From: a virus
IMG/VR virus record: IMGVR_UViG_3300032240_001991
Span: 33,128 to 97,127 of that record
DNA length: 64,000 bases
Direction: 5' to 3' (one strand)
Part shown: positions 9,476 through 19,088 of the stretch, in pieces
How positions within the stretch are numbered: position 1 is the first letter of the stretch
How the letters are laid out: each line of letters begins with the position of its first letter
Program-made: the position numbers and the translations under genes
The notes under the pieces: model-generated
Told to the model about the DNA's origin: nothing
Database searches by the model: none
What the model saw: only the letters and a program-made list of their open reading frames with translations

Positions 9476-10681
9476 ATGAGAGTTTCAATTAACGATTTAT
9501 CACCAATTCAATCAAAAGGCGACGGACCGGGCGGCGACGAAGGCGAAGGTGATCAACCAGGCGGCGATCAACCAGGCGGCGGCGAAGGCGAAGGTGATCA
9601 ACCAGGCGGCGATCAACCCGGAAAAGGTAAGGGAAAAGGCAAAGGTAAGGGAGAAGGGCCCGGCGAAGGAGAAGGCGAGGGAGAAGGCGAGGGAGAAGGG
9701 CCCGGCGAAGGAGAAGGAGAAGGAGAAGGCGAAGGCGAGGGCAAGGGTAAAGGAAAGGGCAACGGTACCGGTAATTCAGGCGGCGGTGATGACGGCGGTG
9801 ACGGTGATTGGTTAAATCCTAACAAGGGCGGTGGATCCGGAACAGCAAAAACACCAGAAGAGCAAGATATAGAAAACAAGTTATCTAAACGGGGCGATAA
9901 CAATGTTGAAGACTTAAAAAAGCGGCAAGGAGAGCAACAGAAAGCTACTCCTCAAGGTAGTCCACAAAGTGGAAATCAACAAATAACTAGAACTGACGTT
10001 GATATCCGTCCAAAGTTTAGTTGGAGAGATTTAGTACGCCAATTTGTGGCAAATTCTAAACCTCCTGAGACTACTTATACTCGCCCTTCAAATAGAGCTG
10101 CTACGCAGGTTAGTATTGCTCAGCAGACTGGTGCGGCAGCTATTAAACCTGGTGAAAGACCAGGTGAAGAAATTTACAAGTTAGCCTTTGTTTTTGATAC
10201 TTCGGGTAGCATGTACGGAGCTATAGGTCCAGCACTAGCGGAAACAAGAAATTTATTAAAACAACAAAAAGCATCTACAGAATCAACATTAGGAATATGC
10301 TTTTTTGCAAGTAGATATCTATTAATAGAAGCTAACTTAATGTCTAATAAAGCATGGAAAGTTGCTTCTTTTAAGAATATGGGAAAACCAGTACCAGAAA
10401 CAGCAAAGAAATCTCTTGACGATGTTCTTAGAAGCAGCGATACTGGAGGAACCTACTTTGGACCTGAGTTAGCATCAGAACTAGCATCAATTGCTTCAAC
10501 AGGATTCAATGTTATAATCTTCTCAGACAGCGATATGCTAGACAGCAAAAACTGGAATAATTTCTTAAGTCTTTATCAACGTTACAAACGACAGGTATTT
10601 TTTATTGCTCCCGATTTAAATACGTATAAACAAATAGTTAAAAAATTAGGTATACAACCTAACACCTTTGGACACATGTAA
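9476..10681 (+). CDS. von Willebrand factor A (vWA) domain protein with low-complexity N-terminus
   Basis: MIDAS motif FVFDTSGSM (DxSxS); N-terminal GEGEGEG and KGKGKG tandem repeats. Confidence 0.7.
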   Translation: MRVSINDLSPIQSKGDGPGGDEGEGDQPGGDQPGGGEGEGDQPGGDQPGKGKGKGKGKGEGPGEGEGEGEGEGEGPGEGEGEGEGEGEGKGKGKGNGTGNSGGGDDGGDGDWLNPNKGGGSGTAKTPEEQDIENKLSKRGDNNVEDLKKRQGEQQKATPQGSPQSGNQQITRTDVDIRPKFSWRDLVRQFVANSKPPETTYTRPSNRAATQVSIAQQTGAAAIKPGERPGEEIYKLAFVFDTSGSMYGAIGPALAETRNLLKQQKASTESTLGICFFASRYLLIEANLMSNKAWKVASFKNMGKPVPETAKKSLDDVLRSSDTGGTYFGPELASELASIASTGFNVIIFSDSDMLDSKNWNNFLSLYQRYKRQVFFIAPDLNTYKQIVKKLGIQPNTFGHM

Positions 10682-10682
10682 T

Positions 10683-11390
10683 ATGAAACTTAAACAAATT
10701 ATAAAAGAAAATGAAGATACTTCTTTAATCAAGAAATACTTTGATGAGAGTGGGTTTAGCAAAATAGAAGTTACGCCTGACGGGGTTAATGTTGAGGGAG
10801 ATCTTATATTTCGTAGCGAGACATTACAGGTTGAAGAATTACCAGTAAAATTAAATATTGTAACTGGCAACGTCGACCTTATGGGGTCAGGAATTAAAAC
10901 ATTAAAAAATATTCCTAACTCTTGTAATTCATTAAATGTAAGTTATAATGGATTAACTTCATTGGCAACTGATACTCCATTAGTCGTTAATTCGTTAGCC
11001 GCTGACGGCACAAACATAACAGATTTATCAGGAATAAAACTTAATGGTTTACAATATCTAACTTTAGAATACTGCGAACAATTAAGAACTCTCAAAGGTC
11101 TCGAAGGAGTTGCTGTTAAGGAATTAACACTAAAAGGATGTCCTCTTTTTGAAGACGATCTTAGCAGATATAATATTGATATAGTAGATATAGAACTTGC
11201 TGATTGTAAAAATATGCCCTTAGTTTTCCTTGTAGCATTTGGAAAACCTCATATTAAAGAAGTAGGACGGGATACCAGTCCTCTAATAAAAATTGCTAAA
11301 AAATATTTAGATAAAGGTCCGTCGGTCGTACTTGATCTCGTTAGAGAATTGAGAGACCAAGGATTTAAAAACTCAGCTAAAGTCCTTTAA
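10683..11390 (+). CDS. leucine-rich-repeat-like protein
   Basis: Repeating L..L.L..N pattern (LKLNIVTGNVDLMGSGIKTLKNIPNSCNSLNVSYNGLTSL...); start moved to ATG at 10683 just after the preceding stop. Confidence 0.45.
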   Translation: MKLKQIIKENEDTSLIKKYFDESGFSKIEVTPDGVNVEGDLIFRSETLQVEELPVKLNIVTGNVDLMGSGIKTLKNIPNSCNSLNVSYNGLTSLATDTPLVVNSLAADGTNITDLSGIKLNGLQYLTLEYCEQLRTLKGLEGVAVKELTLKGCPLFEDDLSRYNIDIVDIELADCKNMPLVFLVAFGKPHIKEVGRDTSPLIKIAKKYLDKGPSVVLDLVRELRDQGFKNSAKVL

Positions 11391-11400
11391 AAGGCTAATA

Positions 11401-12447
11401 TTACCTATTAGCCTTTGCTTCTAATTGAGTTCTAACTGCTTTTAAAAGAGGAGATAGAACTTTACTTGACCCTTTAGCAGCTAATCTAGCTGCTACAAGC
11501 TCATCTGAAGATTTATCGCCTGTTTCTTGTCGATATTGATCAACGTCAGCTTTAACTGCATTTAAAAATTCGTCGCTAGTTACAGCTTGTTCAACTGCTT
11601 CAAACCAGCTAGCACTATACTGATCTGGTTGCTGTTCCCAATTTTTAATTATAAGATTGTTTTTATCGCCAGCACGGATACGGCGTATTTTGACTTGTTT
11701 TAACACCTTATCTTTAATTCTGCCTAATCTCGCTGATATACGATTTATTGCTGAGTGTATATCATCCTTGTCTTTCATGGCAGCACGGACGTCAATTTTT
11801 CTTCTTTGCACACTAGCTTTGGTTGGCATATCACCGCTACGACGACCCATTAGCTGTGAAGCTGGTAGTTTTTCAACTTCTTCTGGATCACGCTCCATTA
11901 GTCTATAAACACTGATTGGCTTTTCGCCAATAAAATGTTTGAGCTGATCTGCAATTGTTGCTTTAGTAACTTCTTTCTTTTCTTTCTTATTATAAGCACC
12001 ACCGCGTGTGCCTACAATTTCTTTTTCTTGGATACCCTGACCATCTTTCAAACTGAATATACCTGTATATTTGATAGTTCTGTCTTTAGCTGGATTATAA
12101 CCTGGCATTTGTAGCATGCGTTGCAAATACTCTTCTTGAGGCTTAAATGCAGCCCAACCATTTGGTCCTTTTAGGATCATGAAGTTATCATAATGTCCCT
12201 TAAACGTTTCTAGGTCTAAATTTCCTGTAGGGTGTGTAAATGGCACTAATACAGCTTGATCACTAACCTTGTATGTTTTATGTAGATACTTGGCTAATCT
12301 AACACCTTGCTCATCTCGTCCAAAGGTATTGATTAACGGACTAGCTTCAAACATCAATTCAAGCTCTTCCATTAGCTCCTGGTCAAACTGAGCATCTTCT
12401 TCTATTAGATCTAAGCGATCGCGCATTTCTTGTATTATATTCTTCAT
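11401..12447 (-). CDS. hypothetical protein (348 aa)
   Basis: Long intact ORF; no motif recognised. Confidence 0.5.
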   Translation of the reverse strand: MKNIIQEMRDRLDLIEEDAQFDQELMEELELMFEASPLINTFGRDEQGVRLAKYLHKTYKVSDQAVLVPFTHPTGNLDLETFKGHYDNFMILKGPNGWAAFKPQEEYLQRMLQMPGYNPAKDRTIKYTGIFSLKDGQGIQEKEIVGTRGGAYNKKEKKEVTKATIADQLKHFIGEKPISVYRLMERDPEEVEKLPASQLMGRRSGDMPTKASVQRRKIDVRAAMKDKDDIHSAINRISARLGRIKDKVLKQVKIRRIRAGDKNNLIIKNWEQQPDQYSASWFEAVEQAVTSDEFLNAVKADVDQYRQETGDKSSDELVAARLAAKGSSKVLSPLLKAVRTQLEAKANR

Positions 12448-12483
12448 ACTAGGTTATTCCCTAACGTTGTTAGTATATTTATA

Positions 12484-13035
12484 TTATTGTGTTTGATCTT
12501 TTTGAGATAATCGTTGCTTCTGTTTCCATGCATACTGAGCTGCGCGGTTTATTTCTGATACAAAACTATTATTGATCTGCATTCTTACTGATATACGATA
12601 TATGCTAACCGATTCAATTTCAAATAACTTGACTTTACTAGCAGCTGAACTAAATCCTGATTGCTGTAACTCAGTAGATATCGCATTAGCAAACTCTGGT
12701 GTTTTTACCAACAATTCAAATTCTTCAGTAGGAATTTTATCATAAAATGGAGTGTTAACGCTTACTGATAATAAGGTTGCTGGATTTTCAGACCAAGGAA
12801 TAAGTTGACCATCTTTAATCGTTCCTATAGCAAAAATAAGATAAGAAAGAAATAGGGGTGTATCTAAATTAAGTTTGTGCTCGTCATACGATGTATAAGA
12901 TTTTTGAAAAGCGCAATGATAGTCGTTTCCTTCCTTGTGCTGAAACACAATACGCCTACTGAGGATTCCTGTATTTCCCTGGCTTTCAATTAATCGCATA
13001 GTCTGCATTAATTTTTGAAATTCTTGATTATTCAT
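12484..13035 (-). CDS. tandem paralog family, member 1
   Basis: Shares N-terminal MNNQEFQKL..RLIESQGN.GI.SR and C-terminal A.YAWK.K.R with the two genes upstream; ATGA overlap with member 2. Confidence 0.55.
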   Translation of the reverse strand: MNNQEFQKLMQTMRLIESQGNTGILSRRIVFQHKEGNDYHCAFQKSYTSYDEHKLNLDTPLFLSYLIFAIGTIKDGQLIPWSENPATLLSVSVNTPFYDKIPTEEFELLVKTPEFANAISTELQQSGFSSAASKVKLFEIESVSIYRISVRMQINNSFVSEINRAAQYAWKQKQRLSQKDQTQ

Positions 13036-13586
13036 TTCCTGTGCCTTAATTTCCAAGCAAGGTTTACTGCTCTTTCCAATGTTTTGCGTAATTCTTCATT
13101 AGAATTGTGCCAATGGTAAAGGGCAGAATGCTTGCCGATACTTGCTGATGTAAGCTTGTCGTCATCTAGTGCAAGTATTTCATCTTTAATAAACATATCA
13201 GCACTAAAGCCTGACGCTTGTAGATTCTTAGCAGTAACATCTAACAGCTTTTTTTTAAATTCTTCCGACTGCGATAGTTCTTGAAATTGTTCTCTAGTCA
13301 TTCCTGTATATTTAACGACTATCATTATGCGTAACGGATTGGGTGGTATCCGAAATTGACTAAGTCTTTCCTTAGACAGCAGATGGATATTAATATCTGT
13401 AACGAGAACATTATTAAAGATTTCACCATTTTCAATTTTATCTCTGATAAATGTTGCACGTACAAAGCTTGAAAAATTAGTATCCGCATCTGCAAACTTT
13501 ATAAATCTACTGACGATTCCTGAATTGCCTTGACTTTCTAATAGGCGAATAGTTTCTGTTAATTTTTGAAACTCTTGATTATTCAT
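13032..13586 (-). CDS. tandem paralog family, member 2
   Basis: MNNQEFQKLTETIRLLESQGNSGIVSR...AVNLAWKLRHRK; start/stop overlap with both neighbours. Confidence 0.55.
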   Translation of the reverse strand: MNNQEFQKLTETIRLLESQGNSGIVSRFIKFADADTNFSSFVRATFIRDKIENGEIFNNVLVTDINIHLLSKERLSQFRIPPNPLRIMIVVKYTGMTREQFQELSQSEEFKKKLLDVTAKNLQASGFSADMFIKDEILALDDDKLTSASIGKHSALYHWHNSNEELRKTLERAVNLAWKLRHRK

Positions 13587-14107
13587 CGCATACGCCTTAA
13601 TTTCCATGCATGCTTACATGCACGGATTGCTTCTTTTTTAAATTCTTCCGTAACTGACATTTCTATAGATATATTGTACTTGTCAGCCCATTCAATATCT
13701 GTAAGAGAAACTTCGCTAGCAACTAGACTAAAGCCTATCTTTTGCAAATGCTTAGATATCTCGCCAGAAAATTGATCAGTACTTGTCATGATCTTGTGGT
13801 CAAGCTCAGTACGCTCTTTGTTAGAGATAGGCCAATAACCAAGTTTTATATTTAGGTCTCTATGCCAAAATTGAATATCGCTGCCATTTGTAGTAACTCC
13901 TACAGGATACATAAAAGAAAGTAAGTAATATCCGTCAAATAAATTAACCTCGTTATGATTATATCTCCGGCCAACGGTATAGTTGTAACTGTTATTAAAT
14001 GCAGGATCAATAATAATTGATCTAGTAAGGAGTCCTATGTTACCCTGATTTTCCAGTAACGCTAGTCGCTGCATTAGTCTTTGATAAGTTTGTTCTTTGT
14101 TACTCAT
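13583..14107 (-). CDS. tandem paralog family, member 3
   Basis: QRLALLENQGNIGLLTR...ACKHAWKLRRMR; a more diverged copy of the same family. Confidence 0.5.
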   Translation of the reverse strand: MSNKEQTYQRLMQRLALLENQGNIGLLTRSIIIDPAFNNSYNYTVGRRYNHNEVNLFDGYYLLSFMYPVGVTTNGSDIQFWHRDLNIKLGYWPISNKERTELDHKIMTSTDQFSGEISKHLQKIGFSLVASEVSLTDIEWADKYNISIEMSVTEEFKKEAIRACKHAWKLRRMR

Positions 14108-14175
14108 AGTGGGTCAGAATTGCTGTTAATTGTAATATTTACCTATAAATATCTCGCTACTAGCATTAAGGATTT

Positions 14176-14841
14176 ATGAATTCTCAATACGTTAAAAGAT
14201 TGCTAACACCCAGAAATATTGGTCATGAAAAGATTCGTATAGGACCCAAACATGACGGCGGTTATGTGATCAGCAAGACCTGTTTAGATCAAACTAGCGC
14301 AGTTTATTCATTGGGTATAGGTGACGAGGTAGGTTTTGATATAGATATAGCTGATCGAGGTCTAACAGTCTATCAGTACGACGGTACCATATCTGGTACG
14401 CCCCATCCTCATAACAATTTTAAATTCAAAAGTCTTATGATGAGTTCTCAAACTCTAGCAGAAGAACTAACGGCCAATGGACATATAGATCGTAAAGATT
14501 TAATGTTAAAGATGGATATTGAAGGCGCTGAATACGAACTACTCTATCACTTGGACTGGCAGCTACTAGACTGCTTTAATCAAATTGTACTTGAACTGCA
14601 TCATGTCACTAACTTTGCTATGTCAGGTACGATGTTACAGAAATTCTGTACGCAGTTTATACCTATACACGTACACGCTAACAATAATGACTATCGTAGT
14701 GTAGATGGAGTTCCCAACATGTTAGAACTAACATTTGTCAATACCAATATGCTGGTTACGGCAGACTCATGCCCTATGCCAGGATTAGACTATCGCAACT
14801 TTGATAACTTTCACGAATTTTACCTAGACTGGTGGAAATAA
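14176..14841 (+). CDS. hypothetical protein (221 aa)
   Basis: ORF with start overlapping the next gene (operon). Confidence 0.45.
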   Translation: MNSQYVKRLLTPRNIGHEKIRIGPKHDGGYVISKTCLDQTSAVYSLGIGDEVGFDIDIADRGLTVYQYDGTISGTPHPHNNFKFKSLMMSSQTLAEELTANGHIDRKDLMLKMDIEGAEYELLYHLDWQLLDCFNQIVLELHHVTNFAMSGTMLQKFCTQFIPIHVHANNNDYRSVDGVPNMLELTFVNTNMLVTADSCPMPGLDYRNFDNFHEFYLDWWK

Positions 14842-15515
14842 AAATTATGGATACTCAACTGATTGAAAAATTAATTTCTCAGGTAGAAACTGCTATTACC
14901 CTTGCTGAACAAGGTCAAACTCAATTAACAGAAAAAGAACTGACCTTAGAAGGTATGAGCAGCAGAAAGAATCGTATTTTTTTAAACGAGCTAGTAAAAA
15001 ATCCTAACACTCGTTATTTAGAAATTGGTACTTGGCGCGGCAGCACTTTGGTCTCAGCACTATACCGTAACAGTCCCCAATTAGCTGTAGCTATTGATAA
15101 TTTTAGCCAGTTTGATGCTGACCAATCTCAGCTACTAACCAACTGTAAAAATAGCGGACTGGAAGAAGGTAAAGATTTTCAGTTTATCAATCAAGATTGT
15201 TTTAACCTAACACCAGAACAAAAAGCTCAAATCAAAGATATCACCGTATACTTTTATGACGGTGACCATAGGCCTATAGATCAAGAAATGGCACTGACTT
15301 ACTATCTAGATCACATGGCGGATTATTTTATATTCATAGTAGATGATTGGGATTACTCTGAAGTAAAACAAGGTACTAGATCAGCACTATATAAAATGCC
15401 AGTATCTGTGCACAAAGAGTGGCAGCTGCTCGGAGGTTGGCCTCACAACACAGCTAACACTTGGTGGAATGGATTATACGTGGGCGTATTAAGTAAAAAA
15501 TCTCTAGGAAGATAA
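14832..15515 (+). CDS. class I SAM-dependent methyltransferase (TylF/MycF-like)
   Basis: LEIGTWRGSTLVSAL resembles the E(I/L)GV(Y/F)RG.S nucleotide-binding signature of TylF/MycF-type O-methyltransferases. Confidence 0.45.
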   Translation: MEIKIMDTQLIEKLISQVETAITLAEQGQTQLTEKELTLEGMSSRKNRIFLNELVKNPNTRYLEIGTWRGSTLVSALYRNSPQLAVAIDNFSQFDADQSQLLTNCKNSGLEEGKDFQFINQDCFNLTPEQKAQIKDITVYFYDGDHRPIDQEMALTYYLDHMADYFIFIVDDWDYSEVKQGTRSALYKMPVSVHKEWQLLGGWPHNTANTWWNGLYVGVLSKKSLGR

Positions 15516-15519
15516 AATT

Positions 15520-16173
15520 ATGCAGATCAGTTACGGACCAATTGAATTAGGCAGACATCAGATAAGGCAAGAGATCATAAAGGCAAAGACTGCTACTACA
15601 GCAGAATGTCGAGTTATAGATCTTGGTGCCGTAGCAGGACAAGGATGGGCCAGTGATTTAACTGATTTAGTAATAGATATCAATGCTAATCCTTTAGACA
15701 GTCGCGCACTGGCGTTAGACATATGTGATCCTGAAACATGGGATCAGCTGTTTGATCTAGTAGAAAAGCAGGGTCTTTTTGACTATGCCATATGCACACA
15801 TACCTTAGAAGATCTGTATGATCCTATAATGGCTCTGCGATATCTACCCAAAATTGCCAAAGCTGGAGCTATATCTATGCCCAGCCTACAGACTGAGCTC
15901 TGCAGAGAAGATGATCCTAGATTTTTAGGCTACATACATCATCGTTGGCTTTTTGATCAAGAAGATGGTCAAATGCTGTTAGCACCTAAACTTACTTGCT
16001 TAGAATCCATCATGAATCCGCCCACTAAGTATAATCCACAACATCAAGAAATACTCTATCGATGGCAGGGTTCTATTCCCTATAAGATGTTTATGAACAA
16101 CTATCTAGGCCCGGATACTAATACGGTTATGAACACGTTTAGACAGTTTATCAAGGACAGGGTAACCTTTTAG
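15520..16173 (+). CDS. hypothetical protein, possible methyltransferase-like
   Basis: VIDLGAVAGQG glycine-rich loop; weak. Confidence 0.35.
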   Translation: MQISYGPIELGRHQIRQEIIKAKTATTAECRVIDLGAVAGQGWASDLTDLVIDINANPLDSRALALDICDPETWDQLFDLVEKQGLFDYAICTHTLEDLYDPIMALRYLPKIAKAGAISMPSLQTELCREDDPRFLGYIHHRWLFDQEDGQMLLAPKLTCLESIMNPPTKYNPQHQEILYRWQGSIPYKMFMNNYLGPDTNTVMNTFRQFIKDRVTF

Positions 16174-16982
16174 CTGTTTATTTTATTAAAAAATTCTTCA
16201 GTAGCCCACTTACTAAAAATAACCTGTTCAGAATTAGGTTCCCTATAAAATCTAACCATAACCTTTATATTATGGTCAGCAAAGGTATATTCTTTGCTAT
16301 TATGTAGATGATAGTGCAGCAGACACTCAGGGATTGGTGTAACATCGTTTTTTAAGTATTGATCTAGATATAATACCAAATTTGAATAGTAGGTCATAGC
16401 AGCACCGGATCCCATAGCAAACACATCATTGATCTCTTTAAATTCACAGGGTTCTTTAGGCAGTGGCAGTATGTCAGGAAAAGAGCCTGGTACTAACGGA
16501 GGAGGGATTAACAGTGTATTTTCTAGCACAGGCACGTTTAGCTGACCTCGGATAACAGAATCAGGACGCAGGCGTATTACAAGATCAAATTGCCAACCCT
16601 GCTGATTTTCATAGCCTGTGCGCATTTGATTGACCTTATATAACGCCCAAAGCTGTTTATAAAATCTAGGTACTAGTCCTAGAGGAACCACGCAAGATTC
16701 GTCTGATTCTGATATGATAGACGACGTTACCGTTCCGGGAAACACAGCAGACAGTCTTCTATGGGCTAGCTCAGGTGTAAGAGATCTCCAAACAGGAGCA
16801 ACTGAACTTAGCCTACCCCATTTATGACCATTGTAGCTGTGATCATCGTTTTGCTCGTCCCATAGGGCAAAAAACCAATACAACTGATCTTGAGCAAAGT
16901 GATGTTTAATATAGGCTATGAGATCGCTGGTATCTTGACAGAATCTAGGTTGTCCAGAAATCATCAATGCTATGCGTGCCAT
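16170..16982 (-). CDS. hypothetical protein, GQPRFC family (homolog of 41359..42075)
   Basis: N-terminal I.GQPRFC and internal YDLVIR.RPD shared with the gene at 41359..42075. Confidence 0.5.
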   Translation of the reverse strand: MARIALMISGQPRFCQDTSDLIAYIKHHFAQDQLYWFFALWDEQNDDHSYNGHKWGRLSSVAPVWRSLTPELAHRRLSAVFPGTVTSSIISESDESCVVPLGLVPRFYKQLWALYKVNQMRTGYENQQGWQFDLVIRLRPDSVIRGQLNVPVLENTLLIPPPLVPGSFPDILPLPKEPCEFKEINDVFAMGSGAAMTYYSNLVLYLDQYLKNDVTPIPECLLHYHLHNSKEYTFADHNIKVMVRFYREPNSEQVIFSKWATEEFFNKINS

Positions 16983-17012
16983 ACTTGACCTTTATAGCTA
17001 TTATTATTACTA

Positions 17013-17273
17013 TTACTTACTGTCTGATTGAAAAATGTACCACAGCTTGTTGATGTCACGACCCATATAGTGATCTTGACCATAGAGTTCAAAGGCCCGT
17101 TTGATCGTTAACACTTGATCTCGTTCACCAGCTTTGGCCTCTGCTTCTTCCTGAGAATACAGCATGGGCTCCAGTGCAAACCCTCCACGTATGATCACAT
17201 GATCTCTAATAGGTCTTGGAGCAAACTGCTTACGCCTTGCTTCTGTAGTTTTTGCAAATTCATGTAGACGCAT
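17013..17273 (-). CDS. hypothetical protein (86 aa)
   Basis: Intact ORF. Confidence 0.4.
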   Translation of the reverse strand: MRLHEFAKTTEARRKQFAPRPIRDHVIIRGGFALEPMLYSQEEAEAKAGERDQVLTIKRAFELYGQDHYMGRDINKLWYIFQSDSK

Positions 17274-17411
17274 ATAACAGTTATTTATTGGCGCAGGGCG
17301 GAACCCTAGTTCTAAGCGCGAAGCGCGAAGCGGTTTTTAAAAATTTTTTTAGCAGTTATCTACGCTGATAACTTGGCGTCCACCAAGTGATTAAGTCTAT
17401 GAAATATGTAG

Positions 17412-17867
17412 TTGATCAAGCGTATGCCAAAGAACGTAGCTAGAACAGTGATAGACAATTATTTAAGAAAAATCTTGCGATCTTTTACTGGTGAGTTTAC
17501 TATAAATAACTTTCTAAGCGAGCACACAAACATGACTGACTTAAGAAAACTAGTAAAGCTAATAGAATCCATTGAATCCAATCTAGGCCAAGAAGACATA
17601 GATCTAATTAAGCAGGCTATGGAATATCAACTGGCGCATCCACGCAAAGCTGTGGTAAGTGGTGAAATGGCATTTGTATCCAATCGTCTTAACAGTGAAT
17701 ATAATAGACCAGACTTGGGCATGCTGGCATGGCAATGGGCTTGTAACACGCACAGTGGACGAGTATTAGACGACTACCCTGAGCTAGTAGCACTTAAAGA
17801 CAAACTACGCGATATTGATCAGGAAAGCCAAAAAAACTTTCCTGACTGGGGCACTTCTGGTACCTAA
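17412..17867 (+). CDS. hypothetical protein (151 aa)
   Basis: Intact ORF; followed by a conserved 3' element. Confidence 0.45.
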   Translation: MIKRMPKNVARTVIDNYLRKILRSFTGEFTINNFLSEHTNMTDLRKLVKLIESIESNLGQEDIDLIKQAMEYQLAHPRKAVVSGEMAFVSNRLNSEYNRPDLGMLAWQWACNTHSGRVLDDYPELVALKDKLRDIDQESQKNFPDWGTSGT

Positions 17868-17974
17868 GCATTTAGACGATTAAACCAAGGCCGGTCTATA
17901 CTAGCCCAAAATTTTGCTGCAAAAAAATTTTTAAACCCCAGAATCTAGATTGGTGAGAAATAAATAACAGCTAT

Positions 17975-18547
17975 ATGCGTGCATTAATAGTAGAAGCTAG
18001 TCTTAAACCTTTAGATCAAGAGAGTAATACTCGTGCGGTATGCCGTGTTGCTCAACAGAGTTTGAAAGGATTAGGTGTTGATACTTTGGTACAACATTTA
18101 AAAGGTATGCAGTATGATTTTTCTACAGAAATAGTAAATGATCAAGGTCAAGCCGATGATATGACTCAACTGTTAAAAACAGTACTAGACGCTGACATAC
18201 TGGTTATAGCAACACCCATATGGTGGGGTATACACAGCAGTCTAGCACAGAGCTTTATTGAGCGTATGGACAAGTTTGATGACTGGTCTCAAAAAAAGAA
18301 TACCAATGTCATGGGCCTTAAAACACTGGGCACTATAGTTAGTGGTAGCGGTGATGGATTCCAACACATACACGGCCTACACTCAGCATTTGCCAGCTAT
18401 CTGGGATTCACTGTACCACCCAAAAGCATGCTGGAGTGTAACACGCAGGGCTATAAAAAAATACTGCAAGATCGCGAACTAAAAACACAAGCATCTAAAT
18501 GGGCAGAGAATCTAGTACGCTGCTCCCGTCAACTACAACAACGTTAA
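17975..18547 (+). CDS. NAD(P)H-dependent FMN reductase / flavodoxin-like protein
   Basis: DILVIATPIWWGIHSSLAQSFIERMD matches the flavodoxin_2/FMN-reductase signature. Confidence 0.5.
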   Translation: MRALIVEASLKPLDQESNTRAVCRVAQQSLKGLGVDTLVQHLKGMQYDFSTEIVNDQGQADDMTQLLKTVLDADILVIATPIWWGIHSSLAQSFIERMDKFDDWSQKKNTNVMGLKTLGTIVSGSGDGFQHIHGLHSAFASYLGFTVPPKSMLECNTQGYKKILQDRELKTQASKWAENLVRCSRQLQQR

Positions 18548-18854
18548 GCAAGGCCGGTCTATAGTAGCCTAAAAATCTGCGCTGCAAAAAAAATAGAGAG
18601 TGGAGAACCGTACCCCTGGTGATTTTACTACCTTGGTTTTAAAAAACGGCTGCTGCTGCTTAAGTTGCTAATCTGCGCTAACGCAAGCCTTTTCCTCGGG
18701 GTCCACCAGACCCCACCTCAACCAGGGAGACCACCAGACCCCACTATTTCAGCTTTAGCAGAATTTTTGAATTTTTTTGGTTGACAGAGGAGATGAGAGG
18801 GCGCACACGCCCCTCTCAAGCGTGTGCGCTCTGCAGTCTATAAGCAGTGTAGTG

Positions 18855-19088
18855 TTAGGCTGCGTGCTCTATAGCGGGCAGCGGAAACTCCTTACGCTGA
18901 TAGTACTCTACCAGCTGCCGCATGATAACAGCGATCTGCTCGCCTTCTTCGCTAACAGTGAAGCGCACGGGACTGTGGCGCCAGCTGTTGGTACGCATGA
19001 ACTCTGTAAACAATCGACGGTGGCGGTTGTTGTTGACATCAAAGTGTGTGATGGGACGCACGGTGCGTGCTGTAGCAATGTTACGCAT
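18855..19088 (-). CDS. small conserved protein (paralog of 28485..28694)
   Basis: HRRLFTEFMRTNSWRHSPVRF..EEGE...QLVEYYQRKEF aligns with FDAQNTDHRRWFTDFMRTSAWGHCPVRF...ILEYYAEREF. Confidence 0.5.
   Translation of the reverse strand: MRNIATARTVRPITHFDVNNNRHRRLFTEFMRTNSWRHSPVRFTVSEEGEQIAVIMRQLVEYYQRKEFPLPAIEHAA

Noticed and set aside
9613-9903. Minus-strand ORF encoding PSPSPSPS tracts
   Set aside because: It is the reverse-complement reading of the GEGEGE/KGKGKG repeat region of the vWA gene. It has no independent signals.
14142-14149. T4-type late promoter TATAAATA upstream of 14176
   Set aside because: It is a single occurrence in an AT-rich intergenic region. Other plus-strand genes do not show the same element, so it is likely chance.
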